Assembly (NCBI GenBank): GCA_964606385.1
Contig: CAZSFZ010000001.1
Location: 3,519 to 67,518 of the forward strand
Length of the DNA: 64,000 nucleotides
Direction: 5' to 3'
Origin: an uncultured bacterium
GTDB lineage: Bacteria > Omnitrophota > Omnitrophia > Omnitrophales > Aquincolibacteriaceae
In this document: positions 8,966 through 17,700 of the stretch, piece by piece
How positions within the stretch are numbered: position 1 is the stretch's first letter
How the letters are laid out: each line of letters opens with the position of its first letter
Notes under the pieces: generated by a model
Databases searched by the model: none
Told to the model about the DNA's origin: nothing
Seen by the model: the letters and a program-made list of their open reading frames with translations, nothing else
Program-made: the position numbers and the translations under genes

Positions 8966-10108
8966 TCACCGGTACTTTTTCAAGATCGAGGATGCTTCCG
9001 CTAACTGAAGATCCTCTCCCTCCGGACTGTTTTCCACCACCCGGTCGGGGGTCAGGCCGACCCCGTCGATCGCCTGATCTGCGGGCGTGACGTACTTCGC
9101 AGTAGTTAACTTCATTCCGCTCACATCGTCAAGCGGAATGATCGACTGCACGGACCCTTTGCCGAAAGTTTTGACGCCCACAAGCGTCGCCCGGCGGTGC
9201 GCCTGCAGCGCCCCGGAGAAAACCTCGGAGGCGCTCGCGGATTTTTCATTCACCAGGATCACAAGAGGGAGCTTTGTGTCCGCTTTCCCGTAGGAAGCGT
9301 AATAATCTTTCCGTTGCTCCTCGATCTTGCTGTGCACCGAAAGGATCTTTTTGCCTTTGGGCAGGAACCGCTCCGCCAACGAAACAGCCTGCGTCATGAG
9401 GCCTCCGTCATTATTACGAAGATCGATCATGAGTGCTTTCATCCCCTTCTTTTTGAGATCTTTCAGGGCCTTGTCCGCCTGCTCGGTCGTGTTCTCCTGC
9501 CATGCGGCTATCTTCATATAACCGAGTGACCGGCCGGCCATCCGCGCATCCTGGATCGCCTTGACCTCGATCCTCTGCCTGATGATCTTGATATCCAAGG
9601 TTTCTTTGGACGGTCCTCTCTGAACTGTCACGACAACAGGCGTATCGGCGTCCCCGCGCAGCAAGGCCGAGACATCCGGAATGGTCTTTTGACCCACCGG
9701 GACCCCGTCGATCTTCAGGATGATATCTTCGGCGAGAAGTCCCGCTTTCTCGCCGGGTTTGCCCGGCTCCACCGCGGAGATCGCTATCTGGGGGCCCACC
9801 ATTTTCAGGATGATCCCGATCCCGGCGTACTCCCCTTTCATGCTGATCTGCAGCAGCGGGTAGCGCTCGGGATCGATGAATTCCGAGTACGGATCAAGCG
9901 AACTCAACATGCCTTTGACCGCCTGATAGAGCAGGCCCCGAGGCGTCACCTGGCCGGGATAAGCTTCATAGATGGCACCGATCGCCTTGGAGAACAGCTT
10001 GAGCTCGGCGATCAGACCTTCATCTTCCTGGGCATTTAAAAACGGCAGGGACAACGTTCCCAGGATCAGGAGGAGGATCAGGATGATGTTTGGAACTCTT
10101 CTTCCCAA
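8966..10108 (-). CDS. ctpA: C-terminal processing peptidase, family S41 (tail-specific protease) with PDZ domain
   Basis: PDZ block GIGIILKMVGPQIAISAVEPGKPGEKAGLLAEDIILKIDGVPV. S41 catalytic region LVNEKSASASEVFSGALQ...TLVGVKTFGKGSVQ. Confidence 0.85.
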   Translation of the reverse strand: MGRRVPNIILILLLILGTLSLPFLNAQEDEGLIAELKLFSKAIGAIYEAYPGQVTPRGLLYQAVKGMLSSLDPYSEFIDPERYPLLQISMKGEYAGIGIILKMVGPQIAISAVEPGKPGEKAGLLAEDIILKIDGVPVGQKTIPDVSALLRGDADTPVVVTVQRGPSKETLDIKIIRQRIEVKAIQDARMAGRSLGYMKIAAWQENTTEQADKALKDLKKKGMKALMIDLRNNDGGLMTQAVSLAERFLPKGKKILSVHSKIEEQRKDYYASYGKADTKLPLVILVNEKSASASEVFSGALQAHRRATLVGVKTFGKGSVQSIIPLDDVSGMKLTTAKYVTPADQAIDGVGLTPDRVVENSPEGEDLQLAEASSILKKYR

Positions 10109-11133
10109 TGTTGGATGACTCCTTTATCATCGAAAGTGGCGGCCACGCGAAGGGTTTGTTTTTTATGCTCCAATCGGGCGATCGCGACGGCGGAAAAATA
10201 CTTCGAGGAAAGCGTGAAGATCCCCGACTGGATCGCCGCGGTCAGGTCTTTTTTTTCATTATCATCCGGGTACCCGCTGCCGGCGAGCGTCTGCGGGACA
10301 GCTGAAAGGTCCTCAAAGAAAAGATCGTCCGCCGTCCCTTCATTCCGGTCGCGCCCGGCCCGGAACGCCAGGATCTTGTCGCAAAGGACCGGCTCCAGCC
10401 CGGCGGCCGCCAGCACAGGACGCGAAGCGGTGTTCAGATTGATAAGCCCCGAACTTTGGACCGTGAGGTAGGGCAACAGCTTTTCATAAATTTCATCCGT
10501 CATCCCCTTCACGTAGCGCAGCTCCTGCAGGGTCGGAAATGCCGCGTTGCGGGGAAGGTAAGCGGGGTTGAGCCCTTTGTAATAGTAACTTTCCGCGCCC
10601 GAGATCGAGGCGTCATCATCCTCGTCACGCCAATCCATGATCGTCTCCGCAAGGGCCCGCGCCTGGTCGTTCCCCCGGACCGCCGTTTGCAGGAAAAGCC
10701 TCTGGAGGATATCGGGTGATTTCACGCGATTGATATTGATCTTCCGTTCTTCGTCGGTAAGCCCGTAACGGAAGACCGGCTCCTCTCGGGACGATCTTAC
10801 CGTCGAGGGCTCCGCGGGATAAAGCACGGAGAACTCCCCTCCGTCGATCTTCACATCACGGAACCCGGTTTCATTCCGGCTCCAGGGTTGCGGCAGGGCG
10901 TCAAAAGGCGGGCGATCTTTTTTGTGCTGGAGCAGTTCATAGACCGACTTCCGGATCGCGGCCTCTCCGATCTTCCGGAGTTTCTGGCGGGTGTCCAAAC
11001 GCGAGATCACCTGCATTTTTTGACGCACGGCATATCCCACGGACAGGCTAAAGAGGCTCATGAAGGCGAGTACAAAAATGACCAGGATGAGGATACTGCC
11101 TTGGGAACGCCCCGCGAACCGGCCGCGCGTCAT
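10078..11133 (-). CDS. gspK: Type II secretion minor pseudopilin GspK-like
   Basis: Start MTRGRF preceded by RBS GGAGGA. N-terminal TM ILILVIFVLAFMSLFSLSV. INLNTA helix-hairpin-helix-like motif. GLTDEERKININ... block typical of GspK. Confidence 0.65.
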   Translation of the reverse strand: MTRGRFAGRSQGSILILVIFVLAFMSLFSLSVGYAVRQKMQVISRLDTRQKLRKIGEAAIRKSVYELLQHKKDRPPFDALPQPWSRNETGFRDVKIDGGEFSVLYPAEPSTVRSSREEPVFRYGLTDEERKININRVKSPDILQRLFLQTAVRGNDQARALAETIMDWRDEDDDASISGAESYYYKGLNPAYLPRNAAFPTLQELRYVKGMTDEIYEKLLPYLTVQSSGLINLNTASRPVLAAAGLEPVLCDKILAFRAGRDRNEGTADDLFFEDLSAVPQTLAGSGYPDDNEKKDLTAAIQSGIFTLSSKYFSAVAIARLEHKKQTLRVAATFDDKGVIQHWEEEFQTSS

Positions 11134-11149
11134 GAAAGATCCTCCGGCT

Positions 11150-12181
11150 TCAAAACGAAAGTTCCTTGAGGGCGGCCTCTTTGGAATCCAGCCCGAACTG
11201 CCGGAGCCATCCCTCAAATTCCCGGGCCGAGACTTTGCTTTTCTCCCAGATCTTCCGGCGTTCCTTCCAGAGATACGGTAAATGCCACAGGGTCGAGGCA
11301 TAGACCTTGAGGGCGATCCACGCGAGTTGCGGCAGTGAGGATTTTTTCACAAAATGCGCCGCCGGCCCCTGCCGGTGAAGGATCCCGTAAAAGTGATAAA
11401 AGTAGCGGGTCAAGGTATACCAGGGAGCCTGAAGGACATGCCTCAACGGGAAACACTTGATCATCACCCAGAGGCGGTTGCGCTCCACAAGATAGGCTTT
11501 GAGCGGGGACAAAAGCCCGAAAGAAGCCGAAAGTTTGTGGAAAGCCACGGCCTTGGGAACGAACCGGCACTGATAACCCAGCAGTCTCCCCCGGAGCCCC
11601 ACATCGATATCGTCGGCATACGCGAAGAATAACGGGTCAAAAAGGCCGCAGGCTTCCAGCATGGACCTCCGGTAAAAACCCGCGCACCCGCTCGGGCAAA
11701 AGACCTCCGGGATCGAATCATATTGCCCTTCGTCTTTTTCCAGGCGTCCGCGGGTCCTTCCCAAACCATCGCGCGTGATCGTTTGCCCCGTGTTTTCGAT
11801 CAGGTCCCTGCGCCCGTCATAAAAGATCTTGGAGGCGCACATCCCGACCTGCGGGTCCCGGAGCCCCCGGATCATCTCATCGATCCAGGCCGGTTCCAAC
11901 GTCGCGTCGCTATTCACAAGCGCGATGAATTCCCCCTGAGAGGCCCGGATCCCGATATTGCACCCCTCGGCAAATCCGACGTTCGTCAGGCTTTCAACGA
12001 TCACGATGGAGCGGCCGTACTTTTCCCGGATGAGCTTCAGGGAACCGTCCGTGGAGCCGTTGTCCATCAGCACGACCTCAAAAGAACGGTACGTCTGCCG
12101 CAAGAGGCTATCGAGGCACTCAAAGATAACGTCTTTTCCGTTCCAGTTAAGGACGACGATCGAAACAAGTCCCGGGGTCAT
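11150..12181 (-). CDS. GT2 family glycosyltransferase
   Basis: VSIVVLNWNGKDVIFECLDSLLRQTYRSFEVVLMDNGSTDGS...: classic GT2 N-terminus. 343 aa. Confidence 0.8.
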   Translation of the reverse strand: MTPGLVSIVVLNWNGKDVIFECLDSLLRQTYRSFEVVLMDNGSTDGSLKLIREKYGRSIVIVESLTNVGFAEGCNIGIRASQGEFIALVNSDATLEPAWIDEMIRGLRDPQVGMCASKIFYDGRRDLIENTGQTITRDGLGRTRGRLEKDEGQYDSIPEVFCPSGCAGFYRRSMLEACGLFDPLFFAYADDIDVGLRGRLLGYQCRFVPKAVAFHKLSASFGLLSPLKAYLVERNRLWVMIKCFPLRHVLQAPWYTLTRYFYHFYGILHRQGPAAHFVKKSSLPQLAWIALKVYASTLWHLPYLWKERRKIWEKSKVSAREFEGWLRQFGLDSKEAALKELSF

Positions 12182-12184
12182 GGT

Positions 12185-12535
12185 CTAGTAGATATTCCTC
12201 GCCTGGGGACCGCTGTCCTGGCCGGAAACCAGCGCGCCCGCCTTCGCTTTGGAAGGGCTCATGGAATCGATCTTCTTCTCCAGGCGGTCGGTACGTTCGA
12301 TCAGCTGGTCGATCTTGGCGTTGAACTGGTCGAAATAGCGCTTCATGTATTTATCGAGTCCTTCCGGCTGATAAAGACCACCGTCATTCTCGATCCTCCG
12401 GTCCGAGGCCATGTTCCAAGCCACGCCCACGGATTTGACGGATTCGTCCTTTGAAGAAACCTCCGTCGCCCCGAAAAGACAAGGAGCGCCAAGCCATAAC
12501 ATGATGAGGACCCACCCTATCAATTTCTTTTCCAT
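12185..12535 (-). CDS. Small secreted coiled-coil protein, hypothetical
   Basis: Signal peptide MEKKLIGWVLIMLWLGAPCLFGA. 116 aa. The next gene starts 4 nt after its stop. Confidence 0.45.
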   Translation of the reverse strand: MEKKLIGWVLIMLWLGAPCLFGATEVSSKDESVKSVGVAWNMASDRRIENDGGLYQPEGLDKYMKRYFDQFNAKIDQLIERTDRLEKKIDSMSPSKAKAGALVSGQDSGPQARNIY

Positions 12536-12605
12536 CGCATACCTCCCTCTTAACCGGTCTGTAGCTTATCGGCCACAAAGGCCTTTGTTTCACAAAATAA
12601 GCGCT

Positions 12606-15161
12606 TTAGCTTTTTTCGAACAATTTTTTCCGGTCGAGTTCAAAAACACAGACCCGGGTCCCGCCCGCCAGAGTGCCTTTTTCGATCAGGGGTTTGAAGA
12701 GCGTCATTCCCCGCCCCTGAAGGTAATATAATTGAAAGAGCACGGACCGGATAAGCCGGGCATCCGCGATCACGCTGTAAAAAGCCCCCGCGTCCTCGAT
12801 CAAGAGCACCGAGACCTCCAGGCCGCTGTCCGTGTATTCTTTCTCAATCAACTTGCCCGCGTCCATATAAAAGAAACTCGCCGGATGTCCCGAGAACCCT
12901 TGCCCGGGATTCCCCAGAAAAGCCTCCCCGGCCTTAAGATCAACGCGGGCACCATTCTTGAAGATCACCGTCTCCCCTTCGCGGACCGCCTCCGGGGATA
13001 CGTTCGTGTATTTCAGGAACTCCCCCGAAATGCGCATCATTTCGGAAACATAGCTCATGCCGGCGTCATCGCCCAGGATCCCGAAGATCCCTTTTGAATT
13101 CGACGGCCCTTTTTGGCGCACCGCGAGGGCTTTCCTGAAATCCCAGCGGGCGATCACGCTGACGGCAAGGTTCTGTTCGATCAGATCATTGTAGAGCAGG
13201 ACATAAGACGGCGGCATCCCGCCGCGGCCGTGCGTTTTATCTAAAAGCACATTTTTCTGATCCTCGTTCATGGAGGCCGGCAGCAGCGTAAAGGCCTCTT
13301 GACGGTCCACGCGAACGATCCTGGTGATCAAGTCCACGGCATCCGGAACCTGCATGCCGGATCCCACGAGAAGCTCCAGTGCGTCGTTCCCGCCCAGGTT
13401 GAGCATCCGGAGAATGCCGGCCGCTTCACGCTCGTCTTGCGCCATCAGCGCCCGGGCCATCCAGTAAGTCTCACGAAAATGCTGGGTCCCGCCGTCCGCG
13501 ATCACGGCCCGGCGCGCCACGCCCGTAATGAAATAGCCCGGCGGCCACCAACTGTCGATGATCGCGTCCTCGGGGGTCTTGAGGCGGAGTTCCACGAGCG
13601 CCTCATTCCAGACATCGTCCATGATCGGCGTGATCCCGGTCGAAACCACATGGGCCGAGATCAGGATCATGGGAGAGAACACGAAAAAAACAAAAAGGAT
13701 GGAAAAAAAACGGCTGCCCAGGATCTTTTTAGAAAAGGAGGGTAATTCCAACTTCTTCATAAAAGCTGTCAGGCTTTCGAGAAGGTGTTTCACCGCGAAG
13801 CCCGTAAAGATCGCGAGCGGCAGCACGAAAAGCACCGAAAATCTTTCCGTCTTGAGGGACATAAAAAGGATCGGGATGCTGAAAAAAACCAGGAAGAGAT
13901 ACCTCAAAATCTCTTGCGGATTTTTCCCCCGAAAAGCCCTGACGCCTTCCCAGAGAACGCCCAGAACCGCTAAAGCGAACGTAACATAGTTCCCGGTCAA
14001 GAAGATCAGCTTTTTAAGACCGATCCCGTTCGCTTCGCCCACGGTGAGAAAAATGTTCGGCCAGATATCGAACTTGGCCAGCGCGAAATCGTTCAGGACC
14101 GTCCAACCCGTCCGGATGGAATTGGCAAGACCCGCGGGCGTCAGGAAAAGAGCCAGAAATCCCGTGACGGCGAGCCCATAAATCCCCAAAACCTTCAGCC
14201 CGGATACGGTCACCCCGGAGGATCCCGACCGCCGAAAGAGCGCGAAGACGGCCAGGCTCGCCAAGAGACAGCCCGGGATCAGCACCAGGATGAACGGCCA
14301 CCCGGTCCAGAAAAGCGAGTAAAGCCCCGTTAAAAATGCCGCGATCACGGCACCCCAAACAAAATGCCTTTGAGGCCGGCACAGCCCCCAAAAGAGCGAC
14401 GCGAGGATAAGCATCGGGAAAATGTAATTGTAGGGGTCCGTGTCATACCATCCCAAGGCACTGCGCTGGATAAAGATCGGGGAAAGGGCCACCACCATCA
14501 TCCCGGCCGTGGCGGCCGCAAGCGGAAGGTTCAACACCCGCGATAGAACGACAAAAGATAAAAGAACGATCACGGTCAGCACGAGAGGCACATACGCTAC
14601 CGCTTCCGTAAGCATGATCTTGGGATCCCAAACGCGCATCACTTTGTAGCAGAAAAGCCCGACATACGGATGAAGCGAATAGGCCTCCCAATGGCCGTGC
14701 GGCGCCCGCATCAGCGGCTGAAGGTACTGTCCTCCCCTCTGAGTGTCCGCAATGCGCCCCGTCGTAAGCAGACGTTCCGTCTGATAGAGGTAATGGTAGG
14801 GGTCCGCTTCCAGCAAATAACGGGGTCTGGCGCGGCGCGTCTTTTCAATGCTGTCGGCCATATTTTGGACGGCTTGCCGGTACTGGGCCTGGTCCTCTTT
14901 TTTCAACCGTTCGACCTGTAACGAGACCAGTAAATCCCGTTCCGCGGCCGGGATCTGAGGGAGGTTCTTTTCAAGGGCCTTCTGGATCTGGCTCCGCATG
15001 GATTGGTCCACAGCCTCGCGGGCGAGCGACTGGGAAGAACGGAAAGAAAGCGCCAATCCTCCGTGAAGCATGTAGGTGCGGAAATAGACCGCGCCATAGG
15101 CCATGACAAGGAAAACCAGCGTCCATTTCAAAAGAGGGATCAAACGGTTCCGGATCTGCAT
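12606..15161 (-). CDS. Large GT-C membrane protein, candidate oligosaccharyltransferase (STT3/AglB/PglB-like) or related polyprenol-dependent glycosyltransferase
   Basis: 851 aa: about 13 TM helices plus a large C-terminal soluble domain. First luminal loop has acidic DP motifs (EADPYHYLY, WYDTDPYNY) reminiscent of STT3 EL1. A WW-containing motif DSWWPPGYF sits at the position of WWDYG. Confidence 0.5.
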   Translation of the reverse strand: MQIRNRLIPLLKWTLVFLVMAYGAVYFRTYMLHGGLALSFRSSQSLAREAVDQSMRSQIQKALEKNLPQIPAAERDLLVSLQVERLKKEDQAQYRQAVQNMADSIEKTRRARPRYLLEADPYHYLYQTERLLTTGRIADTQRGGQYLQPLMRAPHGHWEAYSLHPYVGLFCYKVMRVWDPKIMLTEAVAYVPLVLTVIVLLSFVVLSRVLNLPLAAATAGMMVVALSPIFIQRSALGWYDTDPYNYIFPMLILASLFWGLCRPQRHFVWGAVIAAFLTGLYSLFWTGWPFILVLIPGCLLASLAVFALFRRSGSSGVTVSGLKVLGIYGLAVTGFLALFLTPAGLANSIRTGWTVLNDFALAKFDIWPNIFLTVGEANGIGLKKLIFLTGNYVTFALAVLGVLWEGVRAFRGKNPQEILRYLFLVFFSIPILFMSLKTERFSVLFVLPLAIFTGFAVKHLLESLTAFMKKLELPSFSKKILGSRFFSILFVFFVFSPMILISAHVVSTGITPIMDDVWNEALVELRLKTPEDAIIDSWWPPGYFITGVARRAVIADGGTQHFRETYWMARALMAQDEREAAGILRMLNLGGNDALELLVGSGMQVPDAVDLITRIVRVDRQEAFTLLPASMNEDQKNVLLDKTHGRGGMPPSYVLLYNDLIEQNLAVSVIARWDFRKALAVRQKGPSNSKGIFGILGDDAGMSYVSEMMRISGEFLKYTNVSPEAVREGETVIFKNGARVDLKAGEAFLGNPGQGFSGHPASFFYMDAGKLIEKEYTDSGLEVSVLLIEDAGAFYSVIADARLIRSVLFQLYYLQGRGMTLFKPLIEKGTLAGGTRVCVFELDRKKLFEKS

Positions 15162-15236
15162 TTCACCTGGCGGTTCCTGTTAAAAAACCTTGAGTTCCAA
15201 AGTGCCTGGAGCATAATAGACCAAAATCGGCCGCCT

Positions 15237-15944
15237 ATGAATCCCAAAATTCTGATCATCATCCCCGCTTTCAACGAAGCTTCCTCTCTTGCCAAATTGC
15301 TCGAGGAGATCCGGACTGCAGTTCCCGAAGCGGACCGGGTCGTGATCAATGACGGTTCCCGCGATTTGACCGAGGAAACCGCCCTGAAAGCCGGGACCCT
15401 GGTGGCCACGCTCCCTTTCAACCTGGGGATCGGAGGCGCCGTCCAGACAGGATTCCAGATCGCTCACGAGGGCGGTTATGATGTGGCCGTTCAAGTCGAC
15501 GGCGACGGCCAGCACGACCCGGCTTCTATCCGTGACCTCATCAGGCCCGTCCTGGAAGGCACACTGGACCTCTGCGTCGGCAGCCGTTTTCTGGAACATC
15601 CGACGGGCGCTTTTCAGTCCACGTTCGCGAGAAGGGCCGGGATCCGTTTTTTCTGCCGCCTGCTCGAACTGCTGACGGGGCTCTATTTAACCGATCCGAC
15701 CTCAGGCTTTCGCGCGACAGGTAAAAAACTGATCGGTGTCTTCGCGGGGTTCTACCCCGTCGATTTTCCCGAACCGGAAGCGATCAAGATCGCGAAACGG
15801 TATAGCGCCCGGATCGGTGAGATCCCGGTCCGGATGCGCAAACGGCAGGGCGGGCATTCCTCGATCCGGTATTTCGCAACACTTTATTATATGGTCAAAG
15901 TCACGTTCGCCATTCTGATCGATCTATTGAAGAAAAAATCCTAG
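15237..15944 (+). CDS. GT2 glycosyltransferase, polyprenol-phosphate sugar synthase (DPM1/GtrB-like)
   Basis: Start MNPKILIIIPAFNEA at 15237 (the ORF-track start at 15003 is an upstream extension). Motifs VINDGSRD and DGDGQHD. Confidence 0.75.
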   Translation: MNPKILIIIPAFNEASSLAKLLEEIRTAVPEADRVVINDGSRDLTEETALKAGTLVATLPFNLGIGGAVQTGFQIAHEGGYDVAVQVDGDGQHDPASIRDLIRPVLEGTLDLCVGSRFLEHPTGAFQSTFARRAGIRFFCRLLELLTGLYLTDPTSGFRATGKKLIGVFAGFYPVDFPEPEAIKIAKRYSARIGEIPVRMRKRQGGHSSIRYFATLYYMVKVTFAILIDLLKKKS

Positions 15945-15954
15945 GAGAACCGCC

Positions 15955-16335
15955 ATGCAAGCCAAAACATTCGCCCTGATCATGACCGCCCTGATCCTCT
16001 TTTTTGTGATCAACGCGATCCGCCGTCAAAAAATGTCCTTCAAATATGCCGTCGTCTGGCTCCTGCTGAGCTCCGCCACGATCCTTTTCAGCGTTCAGGA
16101 CGCGTGGCTACAGGCGATCGCCAAGTGGGCGGGGTTCGCCCTGCCGAGTAATTTTGTTTTCTTCCTGCTCCTCATCTTCGTGATCCTCTTTTCGCTCCTC
16201 CTGACGCTTTACATTAACGAGCAGAACAGCCGCACAGAAGCCCTAGCCCAGTCGATCGCAAAATTGGACCACCGGCTTAAAAAAATCGAGGAAAAGGACG
16301 TAAAAAAAGATCCGGGGAGTTGCAGCAAGGCTTAA
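15955..16335 (+). CDS. Small membrane protein, DUF2304-like (commonly paired with DPM1-like GT2)
   Basis: 126 aa, 3-4 TM helices. Sits immediately downstream of the GT2. Confidence 0.5.
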   Translation: MQAKTFALIMTALILFFVINAIRRQKMSFKYAVVWLLLSSATILFSVQDAWLQAIAKWAGFALPSNFVFFLLLIFVILFSLLLTLYINEQNSRTEALAQSIAKLDHRLKKIEEKDVKKDPGSCSKA

Positions 16336-16338
16336 AGA

Positions 16339-17103
16339 TTATTTCTGATCGGAATCCAGAAGTAAAAAATCGTTGCCGGGCGGCGGGGCACCGGATCCCG
16401 CGTCGATCTCCTGAGGCGGTCCCGGCGGGTATTCTTCATAAGCGCCTTCAGCTTCCGCTTCGAATTTCCCGTCGAGCGATTCTCCGCGCATCGCCCCTTC
16501 CAGATAGGCGGCCAGATCTTCGCGCCCCGTATCGCGTAATTTGGAAACCGTTTCAAGCGCCATCGGGGCTTTCCCCATCTGCACATAGGCCAGCCCCAGC
16601 CCATAATAGGCCTCGTCAAAATCCGGGAACGCCTCGATCGCCTTTTTAAAATGCTCGGCCGCCGTAACAGGGTCCTGTTTTTCGGTCAGCGTGAACCAAC
16701 CAAGACCGAAATAGGCTTTGGTGTAATGGGGGTCGGCCTCCAGCGTTTTTTTGAAATTATCCGCCGCCAGTTCGGGACGGTTCGCGGGTCCGGCATAGGT
16801 AGAAGCGAGATTGAAATAGGCTTCCGCGTAATTGGGATCGTTGCGGATCGCCTGTTCGAAAGACCCGATCGCGCTCTGAACGGATTCTCCCTGCCGAAGA
16901 TAGATCAGGCCGAGAAGATTATAGATCGGAGCCTGGTTCGGTTCCGTTTTGAGGATCCTTTTGAGCACTTCGATCGCCTCATCATAACGGTCTTCCTGAA
17001 AAAATTGGATGGCCTTCTGATAATCGTTCATTTCGCCTTCCGCCGAAGCCGAAGGCGCGCCGGCAAGGATCAGGAGCAGCAAAAAACCCGAGACGCACCT
17101 CAC
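16339..17103 (-). CDS. Secreted TPR-repeat protein (last gene of the large minus-strand array)
   Basis: GTG start at 17103 overlapping the upstream stop (GTGA). Signal peptide VRCVSGFLLLLILAGAPSASA. Four or more TPR units (AIEVLKRILKTEPNQAPIYNLLGLIYLRQG...). The ORF-track version (start 17625) is an out-of-context 5' extension through the upstream gene. Confidence 0.5.
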   Translation of the reverse strand: MRCVSGFLLLLILAGAPSASAEGEMNDYQKAIQFFQEDRYDEAIEVLKRILKTEPNQAPIYNLLGLIYLRQGESVQSAIGSFEQAIRNDPNYAEAYFNLASTYAGPANRPELAADNFKKTLEADPHYTKAYFGLGWFTLTEKQDPVTAAEHFKKAIEAFPDFDEAYYGLGLAYVQMGKAPMALETVSKLRDTGREDLAAYLEGAMRGESLDGKFEAEAEGAYEEYPPGPPQEIDAGSGAPPPGNDFLLLDSDQK

Positions 17104-17699
17104 GAGGCAATCTCCTTCGAACCCTGCAGGCCGGCCACATCTTCGGCCCCGATCAGGGTCCTGGAGATGTCGAGCGTGCACTTGATGATGTCGGAGCCCT
17201 TGGATTTGGGCCCCATTGAATAACGCTGGACCAGAAAAAGGTAATCGGATTGTTCCAGAAGATTGACGAACGAGAGCACATTCGTCAGCAATCCCTCGCA
17301 ATCGATGCTTGTCTTGTAGATCGAATAACTGGGTTTTTCTTCGACGTCTCCGGGGCGGACGCTCGTGATCGTCACATTCTGCTGTTTCGCCAGGGTCTCG
17401 ATCTTCTTGAGCAACGCGGCGATGATCGCTTCCTGGGTCATCTCCCCCGTGTCCAGATAGACGCTGTACTGGGCATACTCCTCCAGGATCCGGTCCCGGA
17501 AAGAAATGATCCGCTTGCTGCGTTTGATGTTCTCTTTCTGCGCCTTGCTTTCCGCTTTCATGTATTCGGTCTGGGACAGGAACGGTCCGAGCATCAGGCT
17601 GTCCATAAGCATCACGGCAACGCATACGACCGCTGCGATAAAAAGGGCCTTCCGTCCTCCCGTCAGACTGGCAAAAAATTCTTCGAGGTTTATTTTCAT
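17100..17699 (-). CDS. GspM/PilO-like inner-membrane assembly protein
   Basis: 199 aa. Short cytoplasmic N-terminus, one TM (ALFIAAVVCVAVMLM), then a periplasmic alpha/beta domain. Positioned directly after the PilM-PilN fusion. Confidence 0.5.
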   Translation of the reverse strand: MKINLEEFFASLTGGRKALFIAAVVCVAVMLMDSLMLGPFLSQTEYMKAESKAQKENIKRSKRIISFRDRILEEYAQYSVYLDTGEMTQEAIIAALLKKIETLAKQQNVTITSVRPGDVEEKPSYSIYKTSIDCEGLLTNVLSFVNLLEQSDYLFLVQRYSMGPKSKGSDIIKCTLDISRTLIGAEDVAGLQGSKEIAS

Positions 17700-17700
17700 A

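Noticed and set aside
15003-15236. 5' extension of the GT2 ORF from 15003
   Set aside because: The extension overlaps the divergent promoter region and the OST gene start and has no coherent sequence. The canonical MNPKILIIIPAFNE start at 15237 fits GT2 N-termini.
16339-17625. ORF-track call of a 428-aa protein starting at 17625
   Set aside because: The first ~170 aa run through the GspM/PilO-like gene in another frame and are Arg/His/Pro-rich nonsense. A GTG start at 17103 with a signal peptide, overlapping the upstream stop, is far more plausible.
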